From assembly GCA_963814915.1 (NCBI GenBank), contig CAWFEI010000008.1, positions 20,179 through 84,178 on the forward strand: a stretch of 64,000 bases of DNA, given 5' to 3'. Below, in pieces: positions 36,571 to 46,487 of the stretch. A program made the translations under genes and the position numbers. Each line of letters opens with the position of its first letter. Position 1 is the first letter of the stretch. The notes under the pieces are model-generated. The model searched no databases, was not told the origin of the DNA, and saw only the letters and a program-made list of their open reading frames with translations. The DNA comes from an uncultured Solirubrobacterales bacterium (lineage in GTDB: Bacteria; Actinomycetota; Thermoleophilia; Solirubrobacterales; 70-9).

Positions 36571-37338
36571 CTACTCATCCTCGTGCCACGGGGTGAGGAT
36601 GCGCGGGCCGTCGGCCGTGACCGCGATCGTGAACTCGAAGTGGGCGGCCAGCGAGCCGTCCTGGGAATAGACGGCCCAGCCGTCGTCGCCCATGCGCACC
36701 AGCGGGCCGCCGGCGTTGACCATCGGCTCGATCGCCAGCACCGTCCCCTCCTCCAGCTTCGGCCCCTTGCCGGGCTCGCCGAAGTTGGGGACCTGCGGGT
36801 CCTCGTGCATGTCGCGGCCGATCCCGTGGCCGACCAAGGTGCGGATGATCGAGAGCCCCTCGATCTCGACCGACTTCTGGATCGCCGCCGAGACGTCGCC
36901 GAGGTGGTTGCCGGGCTGCATCTTCTCCGCGCCGGCGAAGAGCGACGCCTTGGTCACGTCGAGTAGCTTGCGCGCCTCCGGCGAGATCGAGCCGATCGGC
37001 AGCGTCACCGCCGCGTCGGATACCCAACCGTCCTTGACGACGCCGACGTCGATCGAGAGCACGTCGCCGCGCTTCAGCTCGTAGGGGCTGGGAATGCCAT
37101 GTACGACCATCGAGTTGGGCGAGGCGCAGATCGAGCCCGGGAAGCCCCTGTAGCCCTTGAAGGCAGGCTCGGCGCCCTGCGAGCGAATGAACTTCTCCGC
37201 CGCGGCATCGAGCTCCTTGGTCGTCGCGCCCGGCCTCGCCTTGGAGGCGAGCATGCGCAGGCAGCGGACGAGGATCTGCCCGGAGGCAGCCATCTTCTCG
37301 ACCTGCTCCGGGCTCTTCTTGATGATCATCCGATACAC
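36571..37338 (-). CDS. map: Type I methionine aminopeptidase
   Basis: 255-aa ORF with metal-ligand contexts DVGVVKDGWVSD, GHGIGRDMHE and LAIEPM. Confidence 0.9.
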   Translation of the reverse strand: MYRMIIKKSPEQVEKMAASGQILVRCLRMLASKARPGATTKELDAAAEKFIRSQGAEPAFKGYRGFPGSICASPNSMVVHGIPSPYELKRGDVLSIDVGVVKDGWVSDAAVTLPIGSISPEARKLLDVTKASLFAGAEKMQPGNHLGDVSAAIQKSVEIEGLSIIRTLVGHGIGRDMHEDPQVPNFGEPGKGPKLEEGTVLAIEPMVNAGGPLVRMGDDGWAVYSQDGSLAAHFEFTIAVTADGPRILTPWHEDE

Positions 37339-37359
37339 GCTAGCCGCCGGCCGGCCGGG

Positions 37360-38040
37360 CTAGATCGCCTCGTCGGCTTCCAATTTCAGCGTGGCGAGGG
37401 TGCGGCGCAGCTCCTCGCCTACCGGCTCGGGGGCGGCGCTCCCGTCGATCCGCCGCAGCAGGCTCTGGTCGTCGTAGAACTTGATCAGCGGCTCGGTCTT
37501 TTCGTGGTAGGTCTCGAGCCGGTGGGCGATCACCTCGGGCTTGTCGTCGTCGCGGACGATCAGTTCGCTGCCGTCGAGGTCGCAGACGCCCTCCTTCTCA
37601 GGCGGGTTGAAATCGACGTGAAAGACGTGGCCGTTCTCGGCGCAGGTGCGGCGGCCGCCGAGGCGACGCGAGACCTCGGTGTCCTCGACGTCGATCAGCA
37701 GCACCGCCGTGAGGCCGCGGCCCAGCTCGTCGAGCTTCGCCGCCAGCGCCTCGGCCTGCGGCACGGTGCGGGGGAAGCCGTCGAGGATGAAGCCGTCGGC
37801 GGCCTCGGCGGAGTCGATCCGCTCGGCGATCGCGTCGACGATGACCGCGTCGGGCACAAGGTCGCCCCGGTCCATGTACTCCTTCGCCGTTTTGCCCAGC
37901 TCCGTCTCATCGCGAACCGCAGCCCTGAGAATGTCCCCCGTCGCCCAATAGGGCAACTGGAGGTCTTCCTGAAGTCTCTCGCCCTGCGTGCCCTTTCCCG
38001 ATCCGGGGGGTCCGAGGAGTACGAGATTAAGTTCAGTCAT
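37360..38040 (-). CDS. adk: Adenylate kinase
   Basis: 226-aa ORF with the P-loop LLGPPGSGKGTQ and a LID region. Confidence 0.95.
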   Translation of the reverse strand: MTELNLVLLGPPGSGKGTQGERLQEDLQLPYWATGDILRAAVRDETELGKTAKEYMDRGDLVPDAVIVDAIAERIDSAEAADGFILDGFPRTVPQAEALAAKLDELGRGLTAVLLIDVEDTEVSRRLGGRRTCAENGHVFHVDFNPPEKEGVCDLDGSELIVRDDDKPEVIAHRLETYHEKTEPLIKFYDDQSLLRRIDGSAAPEPVGEELRRTLATLKLEADEAI

Positions 38041-38066
38041 AGAAAATTTGAAATGAGATTGAGGGC

Positions 38067-38176
38067 GCGAAAATCAAGTAGGTCGGAGGATGCAGGGAGG
38101 GTGACGAGGGGAGCGCACTTCCGTGCGTGACCCGAGGAAGCCGACCGAAGACCCCGAGATACGCAGATTTGCAGCG
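38067..38176 (+). repeat. Block-conserved ~110-nt element, copy A (secY-adk spacer, antisense to the operon)
   Basis: Hand alignment gives about 75% identity to the reverse complement of 40804-40912 and about 72% to 53935-54043. Shared blocks are GCGAAAATCAAG, GGATGCAGGGAGG, GCGCACTTCCGTGCGT, CGACCGA and TTTGCAGCG. Confidence 0.8.
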
Positions 38177-38184
38177 TCCTCAAC

Positions 38185-39459
38185 TTATTTCAAGAACCCC
38201 TCGTAGTTCCTCATCATCAACTGGGCCTCCAGTTGCTTGACCGTATCCAAGGCCACGCCGATGACGATCAGGATCGAGGTGCCGCCGAAGAAGAAGTTGG
38301 CCGAGGTCTGGCTGATCAGGATCGTCGGCAGCGCCGCCACCGCGCCGAGGTAGAGGGCGCCGGGGAAGGTCAGGCGGGAAAGGATGCGGTCAAGGTACTC
38401 GGCGGTCGGGCGCCCGGGACGCACGCCGGGGATGAATCCGCCGTATTTCTTCAGGTTGTCCGCCTGGTCGACCGGGTTGAAGGTGACCGCGGTGTAGAAG
38501 TAGGTGAAGATGATGATGAAGAAGACCTCGCCGACCACGTAGGCCCAGCCGTTGGGGCTGAAGAAGGCCGCGAAGTCGAGCGCGGCGGGGGTGTTGAGCA
38601 GCTGGCCGATCGTCGGCGGGAAGGCCATGATCGAGGCCGCGAAGATGACCGGGATGACGCCGGCCATGTTGACGCGCAGGGGTAGGTAGGTCGAGCCACC
38701 AGAGGTCATTTTGCGCCCGACCATCCGTTTCGCGTACTGGACGGGGATCCGCCGCTGGCCCTCCTGGACGAAGACGATCGCGACGATCACGGCAAGCGCG
38801 ACGAAGGGCATCATCACGACGAAGACCTGGTCGGGGTTGGTCCACCAGGCCTGGATGCCGCCCGGCAGGCCGGAGACGATCGAGGCGAAGATCATCAGCG
38901 AGATGCCGTTGCCGATGCCGCGCTGGGTGATCAGCTCGCCGAGCCACATCAGCAGCGTGCAGCCGGCGGTCAGACAGATCACGATCAGCAGGATTTTCGG
39001 CCCGGCAAGTTCCCCGAGCGCGTTGTTGCCGCCGGCCGAAGCGCCGAAGGAGCGGAAGAGGAAGACGAAGCCGAAGGACTGCCCGAAGGCGAGGCCGACG
39101 GTCAGGTAGCGCGTGTACTGGGTGATCTTCTGCTGCCCGACCTCACCCTCTTTCTGCAGTTTCTCGAGCGAGGGCACGACCACCGTCAACAGCTGCAGGA
39201 TGATCGAGGCGGTGATGTAGGGCATGATCCCCAGCGCGAAGAGCGAGAACCGTTCGAGCGCTCCACCGGAGAAGAGGCTGAGGAAGCCGAGCACGTTGCT
39301 TCCGGAGAAGTTCGAGGAGAGTTCCTTGACGGCGGCCGCGTCGACGCCGGGTGCCGGAATGTAGGCACCGAGCCGGTAGAGCAGCAGCATCGCCGCGGTG
39401 AAGGCGAGCTTCTTGCGGATATCCGCGACGCTGAAAGCGTTCGCAATAGTCCTGAGCAT
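38185..39459 (-). CDS. secY: Preprotein translocase subunit SecY
   Basis: 424-aa polytopic ORF with LGIMPYITASIILQLL and GISLMIFASIV. Confidence 0.95.
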   Translation of the reverse strand: MLRTIANAFSVADIRKKLAFTAAMLLLYRLGAYIPAPGVDAAAVKELSSNFSGSNVLGFLSLFSGGALERFSLFALGIMPYITASIILQLLTVVVPSLEKLQKEGEVGQQKITQYTRYLTVGLAFGQSFGFVFLFRSFGASAGGNNALGELAGPKILLIVICLTAGCTLLMWLGELITQRGIGNGISLMIFASIVSGLPGGIQAWWTNPDQVFVVMMPFVALAVIVAIVFVQEGQRRIPVQYAKRMVGRKMTSGGSTYLPLRVNMAGVIPVIFAASIMAFPPTIGQLLNTPAALDFAAFFSPNGWAYVVGEVFFIIIFTYFYTAVTFNPVDQADNLKKYGGFIPGVRPGRPTAEYLDRILSRLTFPGALYLGAVAALPTILISQTSANFFFGGTSILIVIGVALDTVKQLEAQLMMRNYEGFLK

Positions 39460-39962
39460 TACGGCTCCAGGGTGTGACAGGAACCGCCGGCCGCCTCGAT
39501 CTTCTCCTTGGCGGCCGCGCTGAAGGAATGCGCGTGGACATCGAGCTTCTTGGAGATCTCCCCGCGGGCGAGAACCTTGACCGGATCGGAGCGCTTGGCG
39601 AGGCCCTTCTCCTTGAGCGTCGCGAGGTTCACCTCGGCGCCCGCGTCGAAGCGCTCCTCAAGGTCGCCGATGTTGACCGGCTGGGTCGAGGTGCGGAAGT
39701 TCTCGAACGGCATCGACTGCTTTTTGTGCGGGCCGCGCAGCTTTCGCATCCGCATGTGGATCGGGTTCTGGCCGCCCTCGTAGCCGACCTTGCGCTTCGA
39801 GCCCGAGCGCGAGCCGTAGCCTTTGTGGCCGCGGCCGGAGGTCTTCCCCAGTCCGCTGCCCTCGCCGCGGCCGAGCCGCTTGCGCGGCCGTTTGGAGCCC
39901 GGCTTGGGCGAGAGGTTGTGCAGCCCGATCTCCTCGGAGCGCGGGGTCTCTTTCTCAGCCAC
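39459..39962 (-). CDS. rplO: 50S ribosomal protein L15
   Basis: LHNLSPKPGSKRPRKRLGRGEGSGLGKTSGRGHKG. I prefer GTG 39962, which overlaps the rpmD stop, over the track start at 39989. Confidence 0.85.
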   Translation of the reverse strand: MAEKETPRSEEIGLHNLSPKPGSKRPRKRLGRGEGSGLGKTSGRGHKGYGSRSGSKRKVGYEGGQNPIHMRMRKLRGPHKKQSMPFENFRTSTQPVNIGDLEERFDAGAEVNLATLKEKGLAKRSDPVKVLARGEISKKLDVHAHSFSAAAKEKIEAAGGSCHTLEP

Positions 39963-40134
39963 CGTCGACCTCCACCAGGTGCGAGACAACCTTCAGCTGG
40001 CCCTGCAGCTGCGGCGAGTCCTTGCGCTCCACAGCCTTCCCGATCGCCCCCAGCCCAAGCGCGGCAAGGGTGGCTTTCTGGCTCGGGTTGGTCCCGTTGG
40101 AAGACTTGACCTGCTGAACCTTCACCGCGCTCAC
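39955..40134 (-). CDS. rpmD: 50S ribosomal protein L30
   Basis: Not in the ORF track. My own translation from GTG is [59 protein letters not shown]-stop. The GTG overlaps the rpsE stop (GTGA). Confidence 0.85.
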   Translation of the reverse strand: MSAVKVQQVKSSNGTNPSQKATLAALGLGAIGKAVERKDSPQLQGQLKVVSHLVEVDGG

Positions 40135-40796
40135 GAAGCCTCACCCCCAGCTTTAGCCTCCTCAGCCGGTGCCTCGGCAGCTTTCTCCTCGGCCGCTACA
40201 CCCTTGGGTGGCGCGGCGGGAACCGCGGCTGAGGCATCCGCACTCGCGGCTGAGGCCCCGTTGGACTTCTGCACTCCAAGGACCTGGGCGACCGTCAGCC
40301 CGCGCAGCTCCGCAACCTCCTCGGGCCGGCGAAGCCGAACCAGACCGTCCATCGTCGCCTTGACGAGGTTGATCGGGTTCTGCGTGCCGATGCTCTTGGT
40401 CAGGACGTCGCGCACACCACCGAGCTCGAGCACGGCGCGCACACCGCCGCCGGCGATCACGCCGGTACCGGGGCTGGCCGGGCGCAGGACGACGTGGCCG
40501 GCGCCGTAGCGGCCGATGATCTTGTGGGTCAGCGTCTGCCCGTATTTGGGCACGCGGATGAGGCTCTTGCGGGCGTTCTCGACCGCCTTCTGGATCGCCA
40601 GCGGAACCTCACGGGCCTTGCCATAGCCGATCCCGACCACGCCCTCTTCGTCGCCGACGGCGACGAGCGCCGTGAACGAGAACCGGCGGCCGCCCTTGAC
40701 GACCTTGGCAACGCGGTTGATCTCGATAACGCGCTCCTGGAGATCGAGCCCCCTCGGGCTCACGGTCTCCACATTGGTCATGTCCATGCCCTTCAT
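40131..40796 (-). CDS. rpsE: 30S ribosomal protein S5, with an Ala/Glu-rich C-terminal tail
   Basis: [24 protein letters not shown]...[17 protein letters not shown]. Candidate ATG starts are 40796, 40787 and 40781. The track TTG at 40811 lies inside repeat copy C. Confidence 0.9.
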   Translation of the reverse strand: MKGMDMTNVETVSPRGLDLQERVIEINRVAKVVKGGRRFSFTALVAVGDEEGVVGIGYGKAREVPLAIQKAVENARKSLIRVPKYGQTLTHKIIGRYGAGHVVLRPASPGTGVIAGGGVRAVLELGGVRDVLTKSIGTQNPINLVKATMDGLVRLRRPEEVAELRGLTVAQVLGVQKSNGASAASADASAAVPAAPPKGVAAEEKAAEAPAEEAKAGGEAS

Positions 40797-40803
40797 CGAT
40801 GAC

Positions 40804-40912
40804 CCCTGCAAACCGGCGCATCTCGGCGTCCTCGGTCAGTCGTCTTGTTCACGCACAGAAGTGCGCTCACTGCGCCGACCTCCCTGCGTCCACCGACCTG
40901 CTTGGTTTTCGG
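40804..40912 (-). repeat. Block-conserved ~110-nt element, copy C (rplR-rpsE spacer, sense, ending 7 nt before the first rpsE ATG)
   Basis: The minus strand reads CCGAAAACCAAGCAGGTCGGTGGACGCAGGGAGGTCGGCGCAGTGAGCGCACTTCTGTGCGTGAACAAGACGACTGACCGAGGACGCCGAGATGCGCCGGTTTGCAGGG. It aligns block for block with copies A and B. Confidence 0.8.
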
Positions 40913-40923
40913 GGTCATACCCA

Positions 40924-41277
40924 TTAGAAAACCAGACCTCCCTCTCTCGCGCCTTCCGCCAGTGCTTTTACACGGCCGTGGAACTTGTAGCCGCCGCGGT
41001 CGAACACGCAGGTCGCGATTCCGGCAGATTTGGCGCGCTCGGCGAGCAGCTCGCCGGCCCGCTTGGCCTGGGCGCTCGCGGTCAGCTTGCGCAGCTCAGG
41101 CTCGGTCCAGTTGACGGCGGCCAGGGTACGCCCGGTCGAGTCGTCGACGAGCTGGGCGAAGACGCCGCGGTTGGAGCGGTAGACGGAGAGGCGCGGGCGC
41201 CCGGCGCTGCCGACGATGCGGGCGCGAACCCGGCGGCGGCGGCGCAGGCGCTGCTGGCGCTTGGTCATGACGGTCAT
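40924..41277 (-). CDS. rplR: 50S ribosomal protein L18
   Basis: 117-aa ORF with [20 protein letters not shown] and [20 protein letters not shown]. Confidence 0.95.
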   Translation of the reverse strand: MTVMTKRQQRLRRRRRVRARIVGSAGRPRLSVYRSNRGVFAQLVDDSTGRTLAAVNWTEPELRKLTASAQAKRAGELLAERAKSAGIATCVFDRGGYKFHGRVKALAEGAREGGLVF

Positions 41278-41807
41278 GCGCGCTTACCCACCTTCCGCGT
41301 GACCTGCTCATCGCGGTAGCGGATTCCCTTGCCCTTGTAGGGCTCGGGCGGGCGACGCTTGCGGATGTCGGCGGCGACCTGGCCGACCAGCTGCTTGTCG
41401 ATCCCGCGCACGATCACCTCGGTCGGCTGCGGGACCTCGAACTCGATCCCCTCCGGCGGCTCGACCGAGACCGGGTGCGAGTAGCCGAGCGCCATCTCCA
41501 GGCTCTTGCCCTTGAGCTGCGCGCGGTAGCCGACGCCCTGGATCTCCAGCCGCTTCTCGAAGCCATCGACGACGCCCTCGACCATGTTCGCGATCAGGCT
41601 CCGGGTCAGCCCGTGCAGGGCGCGGTGCTCGCCGCGGTCGGTGGGGCGCGCCACGGTAACCGCGCCGTCGCTCTGCTCGACCTTCATCTCGGCGACCAGC
41701 GCTTGCGCCAGCTCTCCCTTCGGGCCCTTGACGGCGACCCGGCCAGGGGCCAGCTCGACCGTGACGGACTCGGGGACTGCGATCGGTTTTCTGCCGATGC
41801 GACTCAT
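41274..41807 (-). CDS. rplF: 50S ribosomal protein L6
   Basis: 177-aa ORF starting [17 protein letters not shown]. Confidence 0.95.
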   Translation of the reverse strand: MSRIGRKPIAVPESVTVELAPGRVAVKGPKGELAQALVAEMKVEQSDGAVTVARPTDRGEHRALHGLTRSLIANMVEGVVDGFEKRLEIQGVGYRAQLKGKSLEMALGYSHPVSVEPPEGIEFEVPQPTEVIVRGIDKQLVGQVAADIRKRRPPEPYKGKGIRYRDEQVTRKVGKRA

Positions 41808-41811
41808 GCGC

Positions 41812-42207
41812 TCACCATACGTAGGCGACGACCTCGCCGCCGACGCCTCTCTGCTTGGCCTCGTGGCCGGTCATCACGCCGACCGAAGTGCTGATGATCG
41901 CGGTTCCGGTGCCGCCGTCGACGCGCGGAACTTCCTTGTGGTCGACGTAGCGGCGGCGCCCCGGTCGCGAGATCCGCTCCAAGCCGAGGATCACCGGCCG
42001 GCGGTCCTCGGTGTACTTGAGGCGGATCTCGATCGCCTCGCCGACAGTGGCCGGCTTGCGCGAGAAGTCCTTGATATAGCCCTGCTCCTTGAGGATGCGC
42101 GTCATCTCCTCCTTCAGGCCGGAGGCGGGAATCAGCACGTCGTCGTGGCCGGAGCCGAGCGCGTTGCGGATCCGGGTCAGGTAATCGGATATCGGGTCGT
42201 TCTGCAT
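41812..42207 (-). CDS. rpsH: 30S ribosomal protein S8
   Basis: 131-aa ORF starting [16 protein letters not shown]. Confidence 0.95.
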   Translation of the reverse strand: MQNDPISDYLTRIRNALGSGHDDVLIPASGLKEEMTRILKEQGYIKDFSRKPATVGEAIEIRLKYTEDRRPVILGLERISRPGRRRYVDHKEVPRVDGGTGTAIISTSVGVMTGHEAKQRGVGGEVVAYVW

Positions 42208-42229
42208 CTTCTTCTCGTCCTGGCTCTGT

Positions 42230-42415
42230 CTACCAGCTCGACTTGGTCATTCCGGGCACGTAGCCCTCGTGCGCGGCCTCGCGCAGGCAGATCCGGCAGA
42301 GGCCGAACTTGCGGTAGTAGCCGCGCGGGCGCCCACAGCGCCTGCAGCGGTTGTACTCGCGCGACTTGAACTTGGCCTTGCGGCCCTGCTTCACCTTCAT
42401 CGAAGTCTTAGCCAT
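42230..42415 (-). CDS. rpsN: 30S ribosomal protein S14, type Z (zinc-binding)
   Basis: 61 aa starting [10 protein letters not shown], with [20 protein letters not shown]. The upstream part of the track ORF to 42556 is read-through of the rplE 3' end. Confidence 0.9.
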   Translation of the reverse strand: MAKTSMKVKQGRKAKFKSREYNRCRRCGRPRGYYRKFGLCRICLREAAHEGYVPGMTKSSW

Positions 42416-42416
42416 C

Positions 42417-43265
42417 TCAGCTCTCCTCCCCGGAGTTCTCGGAGTCGTCCTCTGTTTCGGCGTCTCCCGCGGGTGGCGCGGATTCGGAGGTTTCCGACCG
42501 GGTGAGGTCGGATTCCTCCGCAGTCGCGTCGGGACCCGCGGCCGGCGGCTTCTCATAGGCCTCCGGGTTCTCCTCTTTCAACTGCTCCAGCGCGGCCTGC
42601 TCGGCCTCGGCCCGCTGACGGGCTTCCTCCTTGCGCTGCTCCTCTTCGGCCTCGGCTTCCGCTTCGCCTGCCGCGCCGGGTCGCCCCTCTTTGGAGAACG
42701 GCATGCCCAACCCGAGCAACAGCTCGAAAGCCTCGATATCGGTCGGCGCGGAGGTCGCGATCGTCACGTCGAGGCCGCGAACCTCGTCGATCGAGTCGTA
42801 ATCGATTTCCGGGAAGATCAGCTGCTCCTTGACGCCCATCGAGTAGTTGCCGCGGCCGTCGAACGAGCGGGGATTGAGCCCGCGGAAGTCGCGGATGCGC
42901 GGCACGGCGATCGAGGTCAGGCGGTCGAGGAACTCCCACATCCGCGCTCGGCGCAGGGTGACCGAGAGGCCCACCGGCATTCCCTCGCGGACCTTGAAGG
43001 AGGCGATCGATTTGCGCGCTCGGCGCAGGTTGGGCTGCTGGCCGGCGATCGTCGCCAGCTGCTCCTGTGCGGCCTCGAGCATCTTGGCGTTCTGCTTGGC
43101 CTCGCCGAGGCCCATGTTGAGCACGATCTTCTGCAGGCGCGGGACCTGCATCGCAGACGTGTAGCCGAATTTCTTGGTCAGCGCGGTAACGAGCTCCTGC
43201 TCGTAGCGCTCGCGCAGGCGCGGCGGCGGCACGGCCTGGGACTGGGGCGTGGTCGCGGCCTCCAT
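42417..43265 (-). CDS. rplE: 50S ribosomal protein L5, with an acidic C-terminal extension of about 100 aa
   Basis: The L5 core runs through ...[11 protein letters not shown]. It is followed by [48 protein letters not shown]...[12 protein letters not shown]. Confidence 0.9.
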   Translation of the reverse strand: MEAATTPQSQAVPPPRLRERYEQELVTALTKKFGYTSAMQVPRLQKIVLNMGLGEAKQNAKMLEAAQEQLATIAGQQPNLRRARKSIASFKVREGMPVGLSVTLRRARMWEFLDRLTSIAVPRIRDFRGLNPRSFDGRGNYSMGVKEQLIFPEIDYDSIDEVRGLDVTIATSAPTDIEAFELLLGLGMPFSKEGRPGAAGEAEAEAEEEQRKEEARQRAEAEQAALEQLKEENPEAYEKPPAAGPDATAEESDLTRSETSESAPPAGDAETEDDSENSGEES

Positions 43266-43606
43266 CAGAGCGACACCCCGCTTCGCTTCGCGAACCGCTC
43301 GCGCTTGCCGCCTTTGTCTCGGCGCACGCCGACCCGGGTCGGCTTGTTGTCTTTGGGATCGAGCAGCATCACGTTGGAGACGTGAATCGGGCCCTCCTTG
43401 TCGACGATTCCGCCGAGCTGCTGGCTGGCTTTCTGCACGTCCTGCACGGGCCGCGCTTTTTCGTGGCGCTTGACCATGTTGATGCCCTCGACGTAGACGA
43501 AGCTGCGTTTCGGGTCGGTCCGCGTCACGCGGCCGGTCTTGCCGGAGTCCTTGCCGCCGATCACCTTGACCATGTCGTCGGTCCTGATCCGCATCGACTT
43601 GCCCAT
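43265..43606 (-). CDS. rplX: 50S ribosomal protein L24
   Basis: 113-aa ORF with a KOW motif, [17 protein letters not shown]. Confidence 0.95.
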   Translation of the reverse strand: MGKSMRIRTDDMVKVIGGKDSGKTGRVTRTDPKRSFVYVEGINMVKRHEKARPVQDVQKASQQLGGIVDKEGPIHVSNVMLLDPKDNKPTRVGVRRDKGGKRERFAKRSGVSL

Positions 43607-43608
43607 CG

Positions 43609-43977
43609 CTAGAGCACCTCCGGCGCGAGCGAGACGATTTTCATGAAGTTGCGATCGCGCAGCTCGCGGGCAACCGGCCCGAAGATGCGGGTGCCACGCG
43701 GGTTGTTGCTGGCGGGATCGATCAGCACGGCGGCGTTTTCGTCGAAGGAGATGTAGGTGCCGTCATTGCGGCCGAGCTGCTTCTTGGTCCGCACGACGAC
43801 GGCCTGGACGACCTCGCCCTTGCGCACGCCGCCCTGCGGGCTGGCTTGTTTGACGGTCGCCGTGATCACGTCGCCGACCCCGGCGTAGCGGCGGTGCGAG
43901 CCGCCTTTGACCCGGATACAGAGGATCTCCCGCGCGCCCGAGTTGTCGGCGACCTTGAGCCTGGACTCCTGCTGGAT
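43609..43977 (-). CDS. rplN: 50S ribosomal protein L14
   Basis: 122 aa starting [24 protein letters not shown]. This is the last third of track ORF 43609..44532. Confidence 0.95.
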   Translation of the reverse strand: MQQESRLKVADNSGAREILCIRVKGGSHRRYAGVGDVITATVKQASPQGGVRKGEVVQAVVVRTKKQLGRNDGTYISFDENAAVLIDPASNNPRGTRIFGPVARELRDRNFMKIVSLAPEVL

Positions 43978-43984
43978 CATCGCT

Positions 43985-44584
43985 CTACTTCGCCTTCTCC
44001 AGGACCTCGACCAGGCGCCAGCGCTTGGTCTTGGACAACGGTCGGGTCTCGACGACGCGGACGGTGTCGCCCTCGCCGGCCTCGTTGCGCTCGTCGTGCG
44101 CGTGCAGCGTGCGCGAGCGGCGGATGACCTTCTCGTAAGTCGGGTGACGGCGGACGATGTCGACGCGGACCGTGATCGACTTCTGCCCCTTGTCGGAGAC
44201 GACGATCCCCTGCCGCATCTTCGCGGCGTTGGCGTCGTTCTCGGCGACTGGAGTGCCGGTGCCGGGCGTCTTCTTGGCTTTTGCGGTGGCCCGCTCTTTG
44301 CGCCGTTCCCCTCCGCGTCGCTTGCGCTCGGCCAACCGAGCAGCCTTACGCTCCTCCGGAGTCTGCTGCGGCTTCGCATCATGAGGCTGCCGCGAACGCT
44401 TGAGCCTTTGCCTCTCCTTCCAAGGAAGATCGTCCTCCGGATCAGGCTCAGACTCCTCTGACGCGGGTGGCGTCGTGGAGGGGGGGTCCGACGCGGAAGC
44501 GGCGTCGGGCCCCGCGGCCTGCGGCGCCTCATCCTGCGGCGTCTCCTCCACTGCGTCTTTTTTCGTCTCGTCCTCAGCCATCAT
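43985..44584 (-). CDS. rpsQ: 30S ribosomal protein S17, with an N-terminal extension of about 120 aa
   Basis: The S17 core ([30 protein letters not shown]...) is the last ~77 aa of a 199-aa ORF. The N-terminus is acidic and Pro-rich, then basic. Confidence 0.85.
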   Translation of the reverse strand: MMAEDETKKDAVEETPQDEAPQAAGPDAASASDPPSTTPPASEESEPDPEDDLPWKERQRLKRSRQPHDAKPQQTPEERKAARLAERKRRGGERRKERATAKAKKTPGTGTPVAENDANAAKMRQGIVVSDKGQKSITVRVDIVRRHPTYEKVIRRSRTLHAHDERNEAGEGDTVRVVETRPLSKTKRWRLVEVLEKAK

Positions 44585-44793
44585 TTCCTCAGCTCTCGAT
44601 CGACGTCGATCCCGCGCTCCTTGGCCACCGTCAGCAGGCGCGCGATGTCGCGCTTGGCCTGACCGAGGCGGGCCGTGTTCTCCAGCTCGCCGGTGGCGTG
44701 GCGGAAGCGCAGGTTGAACGACTCCTGCTTGGCGTCGATCAACTTCGCCACCAGCTCGTCGTCTTTCATATTGTGGGCCTCGGCCGCCTTCAT
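44581..44793 (-). CDS. rpmC: 50S ribosomal protein L29
   Basis: 70 aa: [40 protein letters not shown]... Confidence 0.9.
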   Translation of the reverse strand: MKAAEAHNMKDDELVAKLIDAKQESFNLRFRHATGELENTARLGQAKRDIARLLTVAKERGIDVDRELRK

Positions 44794-45212
44794 CAACCTT
44801 CGACCCCCTCGCGCATCACGAATTTGGTCCTGATCGGGAGCTTGTGCCCGGCCAGGCGCAGCGCCTCGCGGGCGAGCTCCTCGGGCACCCCGGCCAGCTC
44901 GAACATGACTTTGCCCGGCTTGACCACGGCGACCCAGCCCTCGGGGTTGCCCTTTCCGGAGCCCATCCGCGTCTCGGCGGGCTTCTTGGTGTAGGGCTTG
45001 TCGGGGAAGACGTTGATCCAGACCTTGCCGCCACGTTTGATCTTGCGGGTCATCGCCACGCGGGCGGCCTCGATCTGGCGGTTGGTGATCCAACCGCGGT
45101 CGATCGCCTTCAGGCCGTACTCGCCGAAGGCGACGTGGCTGCCGCCCTTGGTGTTGCCGCGCATCCGGCCGCGCATCTGTTTGCGGTGCTTGACCCGCTT
45201 CGGCATCAACAT
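44793..45212 (-). CDS. rplP: 50S ribosomal protein L16
   Basis: 139 aa starting [19 protein letters not shown]. Confidence 0.95.
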   Translation of the reverse strand: MLMPKRVKHRKQMRGRMRGNTKGGSHVAFGEYGLKAIDRGWITNRQIEAARVAMTRKIKRGGKVWINVFPDKPYTKKPAETRMGSGKGNPEGWVAVVKPGKVMFELAGVPEELAREALRLAGHKLPIRTKFVMREGVEG

Positions 45213-45952
45213 CAGCGACCGCCTCCATCGCGCCCACCGCGACCGCCGCGCCCACGGTCGCCGGGACGGCCGCCGCGCTGTTGGCCCTGCGGCTCGCCGT
45301 CGGCGGAGATCTGGTCGGAGCGGAAGCCCTCGGGCATGACCTCGCCCTTGTTGATCCAGCATTTGACGCCGATCCGCCCCGCGGTCGTGCGCGCCTCGTA
45401 GAAGCCATAGTCGATGTTGGCACGCAGCGTGTGGAGCGGCACGCGGCCGTCGGAGTAGCTTTCGGTCCGCGCCATCTCCGAGCCGCCGAGGCGGCCGGAC
45501 ACCTGCAGCTTCACGCCTTTGGCGCCGGAGCGCATCGCCGAGGTGAGCGCGCGTTTCATCGCGCGTCGGAAGGCGACCCGGTTCTGCAACTGCTCGGCGA
45601 TCGACTGGGCCACCAGTTTGGCGTCGAGCTCGGGGCGCTTGACCTCGCGGATATTGACCTTCACCGGCTTGCCGGTCAACTTGTGCAACTCCTTGCGCAG
45701 CGCGTCCACTTCGCTGCCCGACTTGCCGATCACGATGCCCGGGCGGGCGGTGTGGATGTCGATGGAGACCTCGCCGCGACGCTCGATCGTGATGCTCGAA
45801 AGACCGGCGTGGGCGAGTTTGCCCTCGATGTGGTCACGGATCGAGAGATCCTCTTCGAGCACGTCGGCGAAGCCCTTCTCGTCGAACCAGTTCGATTTCC
45901 AGTCCTGGATGTAGCCGACGCGGAAGCCGCCGGGATGGATCTTCTGTCCCAT
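45212..45952 (-). CDS. rpsC: 30S ribosomal protein S3, with an Arg/Gly-rich C-terminal tail
   Basis: 246-aa ORF starting [18 protein letters not shown]. The tail is [22 protein letters not shown]. Confidence 0.95.
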   Translation of the reverse strand: MGQKIHPGGFRVGYIQDWKSNWFDEKGFADVLEEDLSIRDHIEGKLAHAGLSSITIERRGEVSIDIHTARPGIVIGKSGSEVDALRKELHKLTGKPVKVNIREVKRPELDAKLVAQSIAEQLQNRVAFRRAMKRALTSAMRSGAKGVKLQVSGRLGGSEMARTESYSDGRVPLHTLRANIDYGFYEARTTAGRIGVKCWINKGEVMPEGFRSDQISADGEPQGQQRGGRPGDRGRGGRGGRDGGGR

Positions 45953-46485
45953 TACAGCTCCCCTTCCGGGCTCAGCGCCACGGCGATGTGGCTGGTCCGC
46001 TTGTTGATCGGGGTCGCCCGGCCCAGCGCCCGCGGCCGGTAGCGGCGCAGCGTCGGGCCTTCGTCGACCGTGATCTCGGCGACCCGCATCTCGTCGGCGA
46101 CGAGGTCGTGGTTGTTCTCCGCGTTGGCGGCCGCCGACTCGATCAGCTTGCCGATGTCCTCGGCAGCGCCGCGCGGCGAGAACTGCAGCAGCGCCCGCGC
46201 CCGGTCGATCTGCAGGCCGCGGACCTGGTCGGCGATGAGCCGCGCCTTGCGCGGCGCGATGCGCACGTAGCGCGAACTGGCGCGGACGACGATCGGCGCG
46301 GGCTTGGCCTTCGGCGCCTCTTTTTTCGCAGCGGCTTTTTTCGCGCCCTCTTTTTTGGCGGCGGGTTTCTTCGCGCCCGCTTTTTTCGCAGGCTCTTTCT
46401 TGCCGGCTTTTTTCGCCGTTTTTTTGCCGGCAGCTTTTTTCGCCGGCGCTTTTTTGGCCTTTTTGTCTTTTTTCTCGTCGGCCAT
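45952..46485 (-). CDS. rplV: 50S ribosomal protein L22, with a Lys/Ala-rich N-terminal extension of about 65 aa
   Basis: 177 aa from ATG 46485. [30 protein letters not shown]... is followed by the L22 core [22 protein letters not shown]. Confidence 0.85.
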   Translation of the reverse strand: MADEKKDKKAKKAPAKKAAGKKTAKKAGKKEPAKKAGAKKPAAKKEGAKKAAAKKEAPKAKPAPIVVRASSRYVRIAPRKARLIADQVRGLQIDRARALLQFSPRGAAEDIGKLIESAAANAENNHDLVADEMRVAEITVDEGPTLRRYRPRALGRATPINKRTSHIAVALSPEGEL

Positions 46486-46487
46486 CG

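Noticed and set aside
38041-38066. A sigma-70-type promoter reading into element copy A (TTGAAA at 38048-38053)
   Set aside because: The hexamer 17 nt downstream (AAATCA) is a poor -10 element, and copies B and C have no equivalent upstream hexamers. There is no support for the element being promoter-proximal.
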